A stretch of 63,774 bases of DNA, filler included, from Octopus bimaculoides (GCF_001194135.2; 8 parts of 8 records of this genome joined end to end with filler, not necessarily neighbours in it); one strand, 5' to 3'. Shown: positions 1 through 11,615, counted from the first letter of the whole stretch. Notes: generated by a model from the letters alone, not told the origin. Program-made: numbers and translations.

Positions 1-288
1 CGTATATATGTATATGCATATATATGTGTGTGTGTGTCTGTGTTTGTCCTCCCAACATTGTTTGACAACCGATGCTGGTGTGTTTACGTCCCCGTAACTT
101 AGCGGTTCGGCAATAGAGGCCGATAGAATAAGTACTAGGCTTACCAAGAATAAGTCCTGGGGTCGATTTGCTCGACTTAAAGGTGGTGCTCCAGCATGGC
201 CACAGTCAAATGACTGAAACAAGTAAAAGAGTATATGGTGCTCCAGCATGGCCGCAGTCAAATGACTGAAACAAAAGAATAAAAGAAT
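1..288 (+). mobile_element. SINE family A, 3' half after its internal (TA)/(TG) microsatellite, with a duplicated 3' tail
   Basis: Same sequence recurs reverse-complemented at 50200-50357, 53848-54018 and 31575-31760. Ends in GGTGCTCCAGCATGGCC..TGACTGAAACAAGTAAAAGA, present twice (185 and 237). Confidence 0.85.
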
Positions 289-1270
289 ATATATATATAT
301 ACACATATCCACAATTATATATATAAGTTTAATCAATGTAAATAATGCAATGTGTTTGAAATATATACTTTATTAAAATAAAGTGACTGGTTTAGATATG
401 TAATAACGTATCAGTTAAATAATAAGCTGTAAGTTGGTTTCAAAACATAATCCTAAATGCATTTTATGTGGAATCTCTTTGCCAATATTGATTACTTGTT
501 GGAATTTGAGCCACTTACATTGTGATATTCATAGCACTGCCTGAATAGCTTAACAGCTTCACCTGATTATATTCAAGTTGCCAAATTTGAATTGGAATTG
601 TTGGAGTTTTAAAATATTACTGTTTTAAAATAAGATTGTTTTTCATTTTGAAGAATGATCTTTCTTGCCATGCTATTATATATGGATCAAATACACAAAC
701 AAATTACTTGTATTATAAATATGTATTCTTGACTTCATATGTAGAATTTATCATTGCTGTTGTTGTTGATGTTATAGTTTAGCAAACCTATGATTGAAAG
801 GCCCTCCAGCCTTGACGATCATATCTTCTTTTTTTTTTTTTTTCTGATCTCAGTGTATGTAGGATCATATTACCCAATGTCTCCTCTTTTTCCTAAAGAA
901 AGTAGGGTGCAATTTGAGCCAGATTTGGCTATTATTTCCATTATTTTGGCTGATCACATAGAGGCTCACTCTGCAGTTGTGTTGGGCATCAAAATGCAAT
1001 ATAGAATTCTCAAGAAAATGTATCTGTAACTGAGTATCAGTTCTATCTTGAATATATTTTACTCATGATGCCAACGTAATTGGAGAAGACAAAAATTCAT
1101 AAATTCTGAAAATTACCGCTTGTCCACTCTCTCTCTCTCTCTCTCTCCCTCTCTTTCTCTCTCTCTCTCTCACTCTCTCTCTTTCTTTTTTTTTCTGGAA
1201 AAAAATATTGGTCATAGTCAGAAATGAAGAGGGATAGTATATGCCCAAGACACAGTGTATATGCACATGA

Positions 1271-1301
<31 letters not shown>

Positions 1302-2314
1302 TTGTTGGTCTTATCTCTTTTGAATTTGGTTCAAAGTAAACTTCTTTCCAATGTATTACAATACATGATACAGATGTAGAATTTTATATTTTCTTAAGAC
1401 TTTTCACCGTCTTTCTTTTGTCAGAGGAAGTTCATCATAAGAAGTCTTAAATAATCTCTGTGTGTTTGTGTCAGTGTGCATATAAATTTAAGAAACTATC
1501 TTTCTGATTCAAGTAAATACTTCTGATATATTTGTTATATGTGTATAATTATAAATACTGGAGTGTATATGAAAGAACTTTTTCTTGAGGTGTTAGAATT
1601 CCCTGGGTATTTTGTGTTAAGTAGCTGTTGCAATTATCATTTATCTGAATGTTGCTCTGTGTATGATGTGTAATCAACTTCATCGTATTCCTCTATGTTT
1701 ACTATTGTCTCTTGTTCATTATATCATGCTGTCCTTGAATCACAGTACCTTACAGAGACAACAGACATAACAGTTTCTTAACATTATCATTGATCAGGAA
1801 TTTGATCAATTAGTCAGTAAAGCTAATAATCAGAAAATAAAAATTAGATGTCAGTGAAAGATAATCTTAGTATTTGCAACTTAATCAACTGATCATCACC
1901 TGATAGACTTTATAATAAATCATAGCTTTTGTATTATATGTAATATATGTATATAGCTACTAATATCATCCACAAAAGTAAGACATGATTTTTCTTCATC
2001 TTCCATTAAATCAACAGTGCATCTTCTCTACAATAATCGTTTTGAATGAAAATTCATTTATCTTGTAGAAAGTTTCTTGGTCTCTGTGGTCAGATCTATA
2101 CCATAAGGTATGATATAAGCAAAAATGTAAAGTAATTATTTGTGTGTTCGTGGGAATGTTTGCTCTTCTATGCATGGGTTTACTTAGTTTATCTAAATAG
2201 TTTTCCTTTCTTTTAGATTAAGTTCTCAAAAGCAGCTTATTTCTCTAGATATTTAATATCTTTACTATTTATGTAGTGGCTAAAAATATTTTCATAAATT
2301 GGAATATATATATA

Positions 2315-2358
<44 letters not shown>

Positions 2359-3547
2359 AACCCTATATCACTGGGACCAAACATTTAATGTTGCTAATTG
2401 ATTAAATGAGAAACTTTCTGACATGTTTTAGTGTTGGATAAATTTAAATATGTCATATTTTTAATCTTTGCATTGTCTTGATTTAAACAGTAACTATTTA
2501 TAAGCAGGAATTTGAATAGAATTATCTAAATAATTACCAAATTTTTCAAACTAATGGAAATGTTTAAGAAAATTTAACTTCCTTTTTAGTATGTAATTAT
2601 CTTTAGTATTTTCATCAATTGAGTGCAATGTGTGTAGACAATTTTTTTAAAGATTTGCTTTACTTTTTCTGCTGGAATAGCTTTAATGTTGTATGTATAA
2701 CAAAGAAAACATAAGGCAGAAGTATAAATATGTTCTTTTAAAATCAGTACATTGCTTTATGTAAATAAAATTCTAGAAATGATTTTTAGCTAAAGTTGTA
2801 CACAATAAGTCACATGAAAATTTTAGCCTTTGTTTCAAACACTTAAGTTTTAAAGCTATCTCTTACCAGTGCTTAGCCTTAGGATTTCTGTTTACTTAAT
2901 TTCCCTCGTGATATTACAGCACATTGGTGACACAATGAATCTGTAATGTCCTTACAATAATAACCATGAAAATGACAGCATGGACAGAGGTTGGATGTTT
3001 GATGTTATAATTGTTCTCTAAAAATACAATGAACAAAAATATTAAACTCATGAATATATCATGTGTTGATTATTTCATTTTTTTTGCATTTATTTGGTTA
3101 AAATTTACCAAAATAACCCACTATCTAATGTATAATTATGTCAGTATTAGAGAAAAAGATTTTAACTTAATCATTTTTAAGTTTGTGTGTGACTCAGCTA
3201 ACAGCTTTTATATCACAATTTTTGAAATAAGCCTGTCTTTTTATTGGTTACTCCAAAACAATGGAACTATACTTATAATCTTTGCCAGACCTCTACATAG
3301 TGGTAAGAGACACATAGAACCTTATACTGTTGAACAGGTATATTTAGCATGTTAAGGAATGAAGAATCATTGTGAAAGGCTATCTACTTAACAGATAGTT
3401 TTTTTACAGTGGTCCAGAATGTGTGTATATGTATTTGGGGCATCAACCCAGTGTGACAAACTGCTCTGGAATGCAGAAAATGAAATTTAAACTTAGTTTC
3501 AGCAATTAAAATACTACAGTTCTATATTTAAGAGATAAGGAATTATG

Positions 3548-3751
3548 TACATTATTTACATTTGATGGATATTTGTCCTCATCCTGTTTGTTGTTAACAC
3601 AACGTTTCAGCTGATATACTCTCCAGCCTTCATCAGGTGGCTTGGGGAAATTTCGAACCTAGGTTCTTATTCCTAAGGTATTTTTTGATATCATTATTAT
3701 TATTATTATTATTATTCAGGTCACTGCCTGGAACTGAACTCAGAATCTTGG
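3548..3751 (-). mobile_element. SINE family C, inverted copy truncated within the tRNA head
   Basis: Reverse complement of 3790-3979 and homologous to 35208-35583. Stops at GAATCTTGG, so it lacks the A box. Confidence 0.9.
3596..3640 (-). ncRNA. Minimal type I hammerhead ribozyme fold in SINE C
   Basis: Minus strand reads CAC CUGAUGA A GGCUG-gagaguauau-CAGCU GAAA CGU U GUG: canonical core, stem II, palindromic ACGU in place of stem III, stem I CAC/GUG. Confidence 0.7.
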
Positions 3752-3979
3752 CATATGGCGTAGTGGTTAAGAGCGCAGGCTACTAACCCCAAGGTTCCGA
3801 GTTCGATTCCAGACAGTGACCTGAATAATAATAATAATAGCATTGAAAATACCTTAGAAATGAGAACCTAGGTTCGAAATTTCCCCAAGACACTTGATGA
3901 AGGCTGGAAGGTATATCAGCCGAAACGTGTTAACAACAAACGAGATGAAGACAAATATCGGTCAAATGTAAATAATGTA
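3750..3979 (+). mobile_element. SINE family C, near-full-length copy: tRNA head + (AAT)n + hammerhead-containing tail
   Basis: A box TGGCGTAGTGG at 3756-3766 and B box GAGTTCGATTCC at 3799-3810. AAGGTTCCGAGTTCGATTCC resembles the T-arm region of tRNA-Arg. No T4 run on the sense strand. Confidence 0.9.
3890..3931 (+). ncRNA. Damaged hammerhead fold in SINE C
   Basis: ACAC UUGAUGA A GGCUG-N10-CAGCC GAAA CGUGUU: C3U change and a 3-nt deletion after GAAACG relative to the other copies. Confidence 0.5.
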
Positions 3980-5440
3980 ATTAAAATACTCTTGACTGCT
4001 ATAATAATCTGCTGTATATAACATTACAAATACCTAAGCTGCAGACTTCAATTAATTAACATCCTATATTAGTATACATACATTCACACATTTTATTTAT
4101 TTTCTGTCTCTTTTGACTGAGATGTTACTATTTCTGGATTTTGTTTTGTGCATTAATTCACTGTGTCCAGTTCTATGTCCTATTGTGCCAATATTTTTTA
4201 ATTTCACAGAACATCATCTTAATTAAATGTTTTTGTTGAAACATTATGGAAATTGTTCAGATTTTGTTGTTGTTTTTCTTACAATTTCTACCAAATGTGT
4301 TATGTTGAAAGGTAGAGCTTTCAAATATGTAATTACTATAAAACGGTTCTCTTGAAATTTTGTTTCATCAAAGTTATGTGGAAAAGTTCTGTTACTTTCT
4401 GTATGCATGTCAGTGAATGTTTTTAAAATCTTTTACGAAAATGTAATAGAAACAAAATTTCAAAGAATCATAAATAAAATTTCATGAACTGTTGAACCTT
4501 TAAATTCTGTATTTGATGTTAGATACGCTTAAGTAAGGATCATTATTATAAATCCTCTCTTGTTATAGGAGAAGCTCACACTGATAAGGTTATAAATATA
4601 TGTATTTAGATCTGAGTTCCAGTTTCTATAATAAAACAATAAGTTTGAAGATTCAGTAGCCATGAGAATAGTAAATTGCTCATGATGTACATGTTTATTA
4701 ATTAGTTGGTTAATGACATTTGTTTAAATATCATACTATCAGAAATATGACACATTTAATGAACTAACCCCTTTTTTAAAATAGCAAAAGGAAATCTAGT
4801 TGAAAGAGGAAGGTCAAGGCGTAGTAGAATGGCAGACTGACTATTTTGCTGTATCTGATATAGTACATTGTCATTATCATCCTTTACAGCATCAGCTGAA
4901 AAGGTTGTCATGGATCAAGTTGGTTCTTCTTAAGTGAGTCAGAGATTGATGTCTCACTTGTGCATTTCATTTTTGGCATGTTGTCTGTAACTGGATGTCT
5001 TTCTCTATCATGAACCACTTTTCAGAGAGTATTACCCAGAATTTATCATAAAGAAGTTACTTTGTCTTCAGCAAAACTAAAGAATCTTCTCTATTCTATG
5101 TTGCCAGCACCAAACATTTACAAAAGTGATAACAAAGGATCAGAGCAAGAAGGTGATGGAAGAGAGAGTAATGGAAGAAAATGAGAGAGAGAAAATTGCA
5201 TGATGGTTGCATGATAGAAGTGTAAGTGATAGGATGGGTAATAGAAGGAGAATACTAGAAGTGAGAGATATGGAAGAAAAAGGTTAGTATTTTCTTCTAT
5301 TTTTAAAATGGAAGGGATTAATGTAACAAGGACTGGCTGTTATTTCTACTTGCTTAGAAATGCAGCACAAATTAACTTAATTCTGATACTAATAAAGACA
5401 AAATAAACAAGGCATGATGATTGATATGTTATAATTATTT

Positions 5441-5709
5441 TGTGGTGAGATGGAGGAAGAAGACAACAAGAAGCAAAAGGACAGAATGAAACGTTGGACC
5501 TTACCTTGCCGACCACAGCGGAGTACACGATCGCTCCTGATCAGAACACGTCTTTCTCGTAACGTTGCTGTTTTCTGACTGACTCCACGTGCTAGCCTTC
5601 GACCGCGTGTCGCCTACTTCCGATCTGACCCTTCCAGTCTGGCTTCACCTCTGTTTGCCTCACCCCTCTCCACCACAACACACAGCTCATCACAGCCCAT
5701 AACACCACA
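5441..5709 (-). mobile_element. 3' LTR (269 bp) of a Ty3/gypsy retrotransposon
   Basis: Bounded by a 7-bp terminal inverted repeat TGTGGTG (5441-5447) / CACCACA (5703-5709). Preceded on the minus strand by a purine-rich tract AGATCAGGGGGTCG (5710-5723) and by the end of the pol ORF. Confidence 0.8.
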
Positions 5710-5772
5710 CGACCCCCTGATCTATAGATCATTCTACCGGCTCTCCCACACACTCCTCGCTCCCGAACTACC

Positions 5773-6136
5773 TTAATTGGTCTCATAATCAGCCAACCAG
5801 GGAGGAGGGTACCGCTGCCTCTGTGGTCGCTGTGCGACCCCGGGACTGGCCTGAGTTCCTGGCGTGCTGCCTTCATCATCTTGCCTACTGCTGCTGTCTT
5901 CATCATCCTGCCCACTGCAGCTGGTTCCATCCTCTGAAGCACTGACAATCTTCCGCACATCCAAAACATGGCGTGGCATACCATCGACTAAGACGTTGTT
6001 CTTTGAATTGATGGAGGTTATAGTTCCTTTCCCCCATTGTGATGTGCACCGTGCATTTGGGGGTTTTACCCAAACTTCTTCCCCGTTCTGCACGAAGGTG
6101 TGCTCTTCTCCCCGGAGTCGCATTGATGCAATACAC
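5773..6136 (-). CDS. Ty3/gypsy pol C-terminus (integrase C-terminal region), cut off by a scaffold linker
   Basis: GEEVWVKPP..W.KG.I....VLVDGMPRHVLDVR and terminal RPQRQRYPPPWLADY are typical of gypsy pol ends. PPT and LTR follow directly. Confidence 0.8.
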
Positions 6137-6236
6137 NNNNNNNNNNNNNNNNNNNNNNNNNNNNNNNNNNNNNNNNNNNNTTAATTAATTAANNNNNNNN
6201 NNNNNNNNNNNNNNNNNNNNNNNNNNNNNNNNNNNN
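6137..6236. other. Artificial scaffold linker (44N-TTAATTAATTAA-44N)
   Basis: Exactly 100 bp with stop codons in all six frames; identical structure occurs 7 times. Confidence 0.97.
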
Positions 6237-6881
6237 ACGTACATACATACGTGCATAGATAAATACATATATATACATATATATTTATACGCACATATAA
6301 ATTATAAAATATATAAAAATTAATTAGAATACTCGAAGGAATACACAAACATATTGACATAGATAAAAAACGAAAACAAGTCATACGCACGCATACATGA
6401 AACTCATGAAGACCTATATATACACTCACGTCCATACACTCGCAAACATACGTACTTACAAGCCCGTATGTCTTCATCAAAGTATGTATATATACATGTG
6501 TGTGTGTGTGTGTGTTTGAAGAAGAAATGTAATAAATTTCCATGATTATGCATTCATAGTATATTGTATTATATTATATGTATGTTTTTTTGTATGTATA
6601 TTTAGATGGTGAGATATATACATATACGCACAAACACAAACACACATACACATGTATACATGTATATNNNNNNNNNNTATATATATGTATTTGTATGTGT
6701 ATACGTATATACTTAGAGAGATAGTGATGGGGACAGATAAACCAGTAGGTAAATGTATATACATGCATGCAGACATATACATACCGTTAATAATACGTAC
6801 ACACGCTAAACGTATCGTGTATGCTTTTCCATTTTGGCTTTCAAATTTTTATTCCTATATTAATATACATACCTACCCATC

Positions 6882-6942
6882 TACCTACCTACCTACCTAC
6901 TTACCTACCTACCTACCTATATACTTACCTACCTACCTACAT
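6882..6942 (+). repeat. (ACCT)n microsatellite
   Basis: Visible tetranucleotide array. Confidence 0.9.
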
Positions 6943-7041
6943 ACCTGATAAGTACATACCTCCGTACATACATATATATGCATGTATATATATATGTGCG
7001 TGTGTATATAAATATACCTATATGTACATATATAAATATAT

Positions 7042-7082
<41 letters not shown>

Positions 7083-8250
7083 NNNNNNNNNNNNNNNNNN
7101 NNNNNNNNNNNNNNNNNNNNNNNNNNNNNNNNNNNNNNNNNNNNNNNNNNNNNNNNNNNNNNNNNNNNNNNNNNNNNNNNNNNNNNNNNNNNNNNNNNNN
7201 NNNNNNNNNNNNNNNNNNNNNNNNNNNNNNNNNNNNNNNNNNNNNNNNNNNNNNNNNNNNNNNNNNNNNNNNNNNNNNNNNNNNNNNNNNNNNNNNNNNN
7301 NNNNNNNNNNNNNNNNNNNNNNNNNNNNNNNNNNNNNNNNNNNNNNNNNNNNNNNNNNNNNNNNNNNNNNNNNNNNNNNNNNNNNNNNNNNNNNNNNNNN
7401 NNNNNNNNNNNNNNNNNNNNNNNNNNNNNNNNNNNNNNNNNNNNNNNNNNNNNNNNNNNNNNNNNNNNNNNNNNNNNNNNNNNNNNNNNNNNNNNNNNNN
7501 NNNNNNNNNNNNNNNNNNNNNNNNNNNNNNNNNNNNNNNNNNNNNNNNNNNNNNNNNNNNNNNNNNNNNNNNNNNNNNNNNNNNNNNNNNNNNNNNNNNN
7601 NNNNNNNNNNNNNNNNNNNNNNNNNNNNNNNNNNNNNNNNNNNNNNNNNNNNNNNNNNNNNNNNNNNNNNNNNNNNNNNNNNNNNNNNNNNNNNNNNNNN
7701 NNNNNNNNNNNNNNNNNNNNNNNNNNTGACATGACACGATAGGAATAGAAAGTTCCAGTAACCTGTGGGAAGGTTTCTGTGTACAGTAATCACAAAATTT
7801 ATTTTCCCTTGATGTATTCGCGTAGCTTGACAAGCGTCATCATTTGTGCATTACTTTAAAAATAAAATACTTAATTTATTTGAAACTACTTTCATAAAAC
7901 ATAACACCATTATAGTAAAATATAGAATATATATGGTATGCGTGTACTATAATCCCTTAAGGAAAACATGATATCGTAGGTAGAGATCGCTAATTACTAT
8001 TTCTGATATCATCTATGATCTGTTGCTAAACAGTTATATAATACTACATCCAGAGTATAAGCCTAAGCTATATTTTGTAATGTAAGTGGATACTGTGTTC
8101 ATGCTTGGGTTTCACCATTTTATAGATGCAAATATCAAAATTCTCCAAACTTCCGCGTAAGTGGTTCTCAACTGCATTATATTGTTATATGCACAATACT
8201 TGCTGTTGTGTATCAAAAGACATGAGTATTCATTGTAAAAGAAAACTAAA

Positions 8251-8495
8251 GTTCCCTCCAGCACATGTAGATTCACAAGGGCCGGTTTCTCGGGTTCTGA
8301 GGTGTATAGATTCCCAAATTTGACCGGACGCCGGTCCGTTGCAGGATAACTCCTTTTTATCGAGCTAAATAGACTGGAGAAACGTGAAATGAAGTGTTTT
8401 GCTCAAGAACAGAGTGCATTGTCCAGTCCAGGAATCGAAACCCCAGTCTTACTATCATGATTCCAACATCCCTAACCACTGAGCCACGTGACTCC
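8251..8495 (-). mobile_element. tRNA-derived SINE family D, diverged
   Basis: Minus strand TGGCTCAGTGGTTAGG (A box), GTTTCGATTCC (B box), then TGTTCTTGAGCAAAACACTTCATTTCACG, shared with 39585-39620 and 42720-42750. Confidence 0.7.
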
Positions 8496-9019
8496 ACAGT
8501 ATACATTGAATGAGTCAGAAATTGCAGCGCGTTCCGTCCAAAACCATTGAATTATATTCAGAATTGAAATGGGATGATTGTATGTGTAGCAGCATCATAA
8601 TTCAAGACATGAAAACTGCTGTGTATCAGCCACATGATATAGTTGAAGTTGTTTTCTGGTTATAAAGGGAAATCTTATTATGTGATAACTTCAGGTATAT
8701 GCAGAGCAGCTAGGAAATATCGTCACATATTTTGAGGTCAAATGGTTGTGATGCATTCGAGGGTTTGTTGTATGTTGTAGAAGACAAGATAAGGTGACGT
8801 ACAATATTACTTCAGTGAGGCGAATAATATATATATATATATATATATATANNNNNNNNNNNNNNNNNNNNNNNNNNNNNNNNNNNNNNNNNNNNNNNNN
8901 NNNNNNNNNNNNNNNNNNNNNNNNNNNNNNNNNNNNNNNNNNNNNNNNNNNNNNNNNNNNNNNNNNNNNNNNNNNNNNNNNNATATATGTTGTACTAAAC
9001 TGATCAAATAATATTTATT

Positions 9020-9352
9020 GTGTTTACATTTATTGAGATTCCGAAGGGAGGATTACTCTGCTCGTTGATCCCCTGTGTATGTAGCGGATTCGATTCTTTA
9101 ACCACTACTGTGGTAGATCCATGTTGCGTCAGTCCAGATGTTTCCTTCTGTTGGGTTTTTTTACGCAGATACACCATTAAATGGCGGTTTGCCAGGTCTT
9201 TCACCATATTACCCACTTTTGCTTGTTGGGTGGAATAAACCAACGCGAAATAGAGAGCTCTACTCAATAACACAATGCAATGTTAGGTCCAGGAGTGATA
9301 ACCAAAATCTCACAATCATGAGTCCAACATGCTATCCAGTAAGTCACGTGGT
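9020..9352 (-). mobile_element. Degenerate family D-type tRNA head joined to a different body (possibly LINE 5'-UTR-derived)
   Basis: 9290-9352 is homologous to the head at 8420-8495; the downstream body differs from the other family D copies. Confidence 0.45.
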
Positions 9353-10224
9353 TTTACTAGAAGCTGTAATAATGATGACTGTTTGCATCATACTTTAAGG
9401 TCTGAGCGGTGTTTGTAATTAATGTACAGAGCAATTAAATATATTTTAGTTACATAACAGGATCTGTAGGCATAGAGATTTAATCGTGTACCGTGTTAGT
9501 TAGATATGACGAGAAGAATTCTATCGCTGATATCTTCATGTCGGTACATGTCTCAAATGAGGCCGGCATGTCAAAATCATGCTAAATCATAAATAATTAT
9601 TTCTAAGATTGGAACAAGGCGACATGGAGCGAACAAGTGATTATATTAGTCCTTAGTTCTAGAGTGGCTCTTAATTAATTATTGATAAGTTAATTAGCGC
9701 CCGTTTGATGTTTTAATTGCTACCCAGGAGCACATAGGTAGAGTGTTTCTGATATTGAATTTTATCATAGATCAGTAGATGGTTCGTTAGAAAGGTACAC
9801 CCGATTCTTGAATAAATAACTTACTGCTGCAAACTGTTTTAATATGTTAAATATTGATACACCTTTCAAAGTGCTTTTCACCATAGAATTTTACAACAGA
9901 ATGAATCTGCTGTCGTGGTGAAAAATTGATACAAAACTGAGTATGGTAGCATGTGAAATAGGTAAATATAAACAAACACTTATGCAAAATCTTTGTGGAA
10001 ATTATTTCATCAATCACGGGAAGATGAAAGATTAGATTGAATCCAACGAGATTTGAAAAGTGGATGTAAACGGGTGGAAGATAAATAGCCGTGTATATGT
10101 TTTTCTAATGCTACACCGATTTCAGCAATCCTTTACACTTTTAAGAGCAAAAATCAATGAACACTAAAGGGTATCCGCTTCTCAAAAATAGAATGACATA
10201 AAAGAAAGCGAATAAATAAGTAAA

Positions 10225-10226
<2 letters not shown>

Positions 10227-10261
<35 letters not shown>

Positions 10262-10327
10262 TAATAATAATGATAATAATGATAATGATAAAAAAAAATA
10301 ATAATAATGATGATGATGATGATGATG

Positions 10328-10373
<46 letters not shown>

Positions 10374-10453
10374 TAATAATCATCCTTTCTACTGNNNNNN
10401 NNNNNNNNNNNNNNNNNAAAAAAATAATAATAATGATGATGATGATGATGATG

Positions 10454-10499
<46 letters not shown>

Positions 10500-10505
10500 T
10501 AATAA
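10227..10505 (+). repeat. (AAT)n/(GAT)n compound microsatellite, partly duplicated across an N gap
   Basis: The same block ending CATCCTTTCTACTG appears on both sides of the gap. Confidence 0.9.
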
Positions 10506-10605
10506 TCATCCTTTCTACTGGAAGCAAAAGGCTTTAAATTTGGGGGAAGCGATTAAGTCTATTACATCGACCCCAATGCGTAACCGGTACTAATTTCTTT
10601 CTGCC
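10505..10605 (-). mobile_element. SINE family B, 3' fragment
   Basis: TTACATCGACCCCAATGCGTAACCGGTACTAATT matches the family B central/tail region (38060-38110). Confidence 0.55.
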
Positions 10606-10713
10606 TGTTATAAAACTTAAAAACTGTCATTCCATCAACGTATGGACGCTGGTTACTCTCGTTCATAGTTTACGTTTAGTTTCTGAATTTTTTAATTTGT
10701 AATCAACTTTTGT

Positions 10714-10758
10714 GTTGAACTTGACAAAGACAGACGTACTGTCGAAATATTGTTCAAC
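10714..10758 (+). ncRNA. Minimal type I hammerhead ribozyme fold with U3-A8 core, followed by AATAAA
   Basis: GUUGAAC UUGACAA A GACAG-acgua-CUGUC GAAA UAU U GUUCAAC: 7-bp perfect stem I, 5-bp perfect stem II, palindromic AUAU in place of stem III. AATAAA at 10760-10765. Confidence 0.75.
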
Positions 10759-10840
10759 GAATAAAACATTTATATAATCGTATCGCGCTATTCGTCATGA
10801 CTATTTACCTTCGTGAAGAGTTACGTCAATCCTTTTAAAA

Positions 10841-10897
<57 letters not shown>

Positions 10898-10900
10898 TAA

Positions 10901-11114
10901 TGTTTTCTACTATAGGCAAAGGGCCTGAAATTTTTGGTGAAAGGAGCCAGTGGATGAGAGCAATCCCAGTACGCAACTTGTAGTTAAATTATCGATGCCG
11001 AAGGAAGAAAGTCAATGTCGACCTCGGTGGAATTTGAACTCAGAACGTAAAGGCAGACGAAATACCGCCAAGCATTTCGCCTGGCGTACTCGCGTTTCTG
11101 CCATCTTGCCGCCT
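10901..11114 (-). mobile_element. SINE family B, full-length, between two (AAT)n tracts
   Basis: Minus strand AGGCGGCAAGATGGCAGAA..GAGTTCAAATTCC..GAGGTCGAC..TCCTTCGGCATCGATAA. Homologous to 37795-38325 and 22941-23150. Confidence 0.85.
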
Positions 11115-11130
11115 GAATAATAGCAATAAC

Positions 11131-11177
<47 letters not shown>

Positions 11178-11181
11178 TAAA

Positions 11182-11219
<38 letters not shown>

Positions 11220-11539
11220 TAGGAACATTACAACAAATCTCAAAACGGATATTCCCCAACGCGCCCCCGTCCCCCACCAAAAAAAGAAACACACTATAAA
11301 ATGAATATCAATTCCTCCAAATACGTCATCTTCATGGAATACTTTATAAGTTTTAGCATTGATGTTGTTGTTAATGTTTGAAATTATACGGCAGCTACGT
11401 GTAAAGAAGTCTTAATAAAACTCCCCACTAGATCACTATTATATATCTCGTGAAATGCTAATAGCTGTGTGTTAATCACTTTTCAATTATCTTATTAATT
11501 CTAAATCAATAATAATATTAATAACGGTGAATATAATAT

Positions 11540-11565
11540 CGATAATAATAATAATAATAATAATG

Positions 11566-11615
<50 letters not shown>

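Noticed and set aside
3750-3830. A true tRNA gene
   Set aside because: Acceptor stem does not pair, and the head is followed by the same SINE body in several copies.
6181-6192. Recurrent TTAATTAATTAA as a biological motif
   Set aside because: Always centred in exactly 44+44 N; a six-frame-stop linker added during sequence concatenation.
10270-10520. Tandem duplication of an (AAT)/(GAT) block
   Set aside because: Near-identical copies directly flank a short N gap, typical of an unmerged contig overlap.
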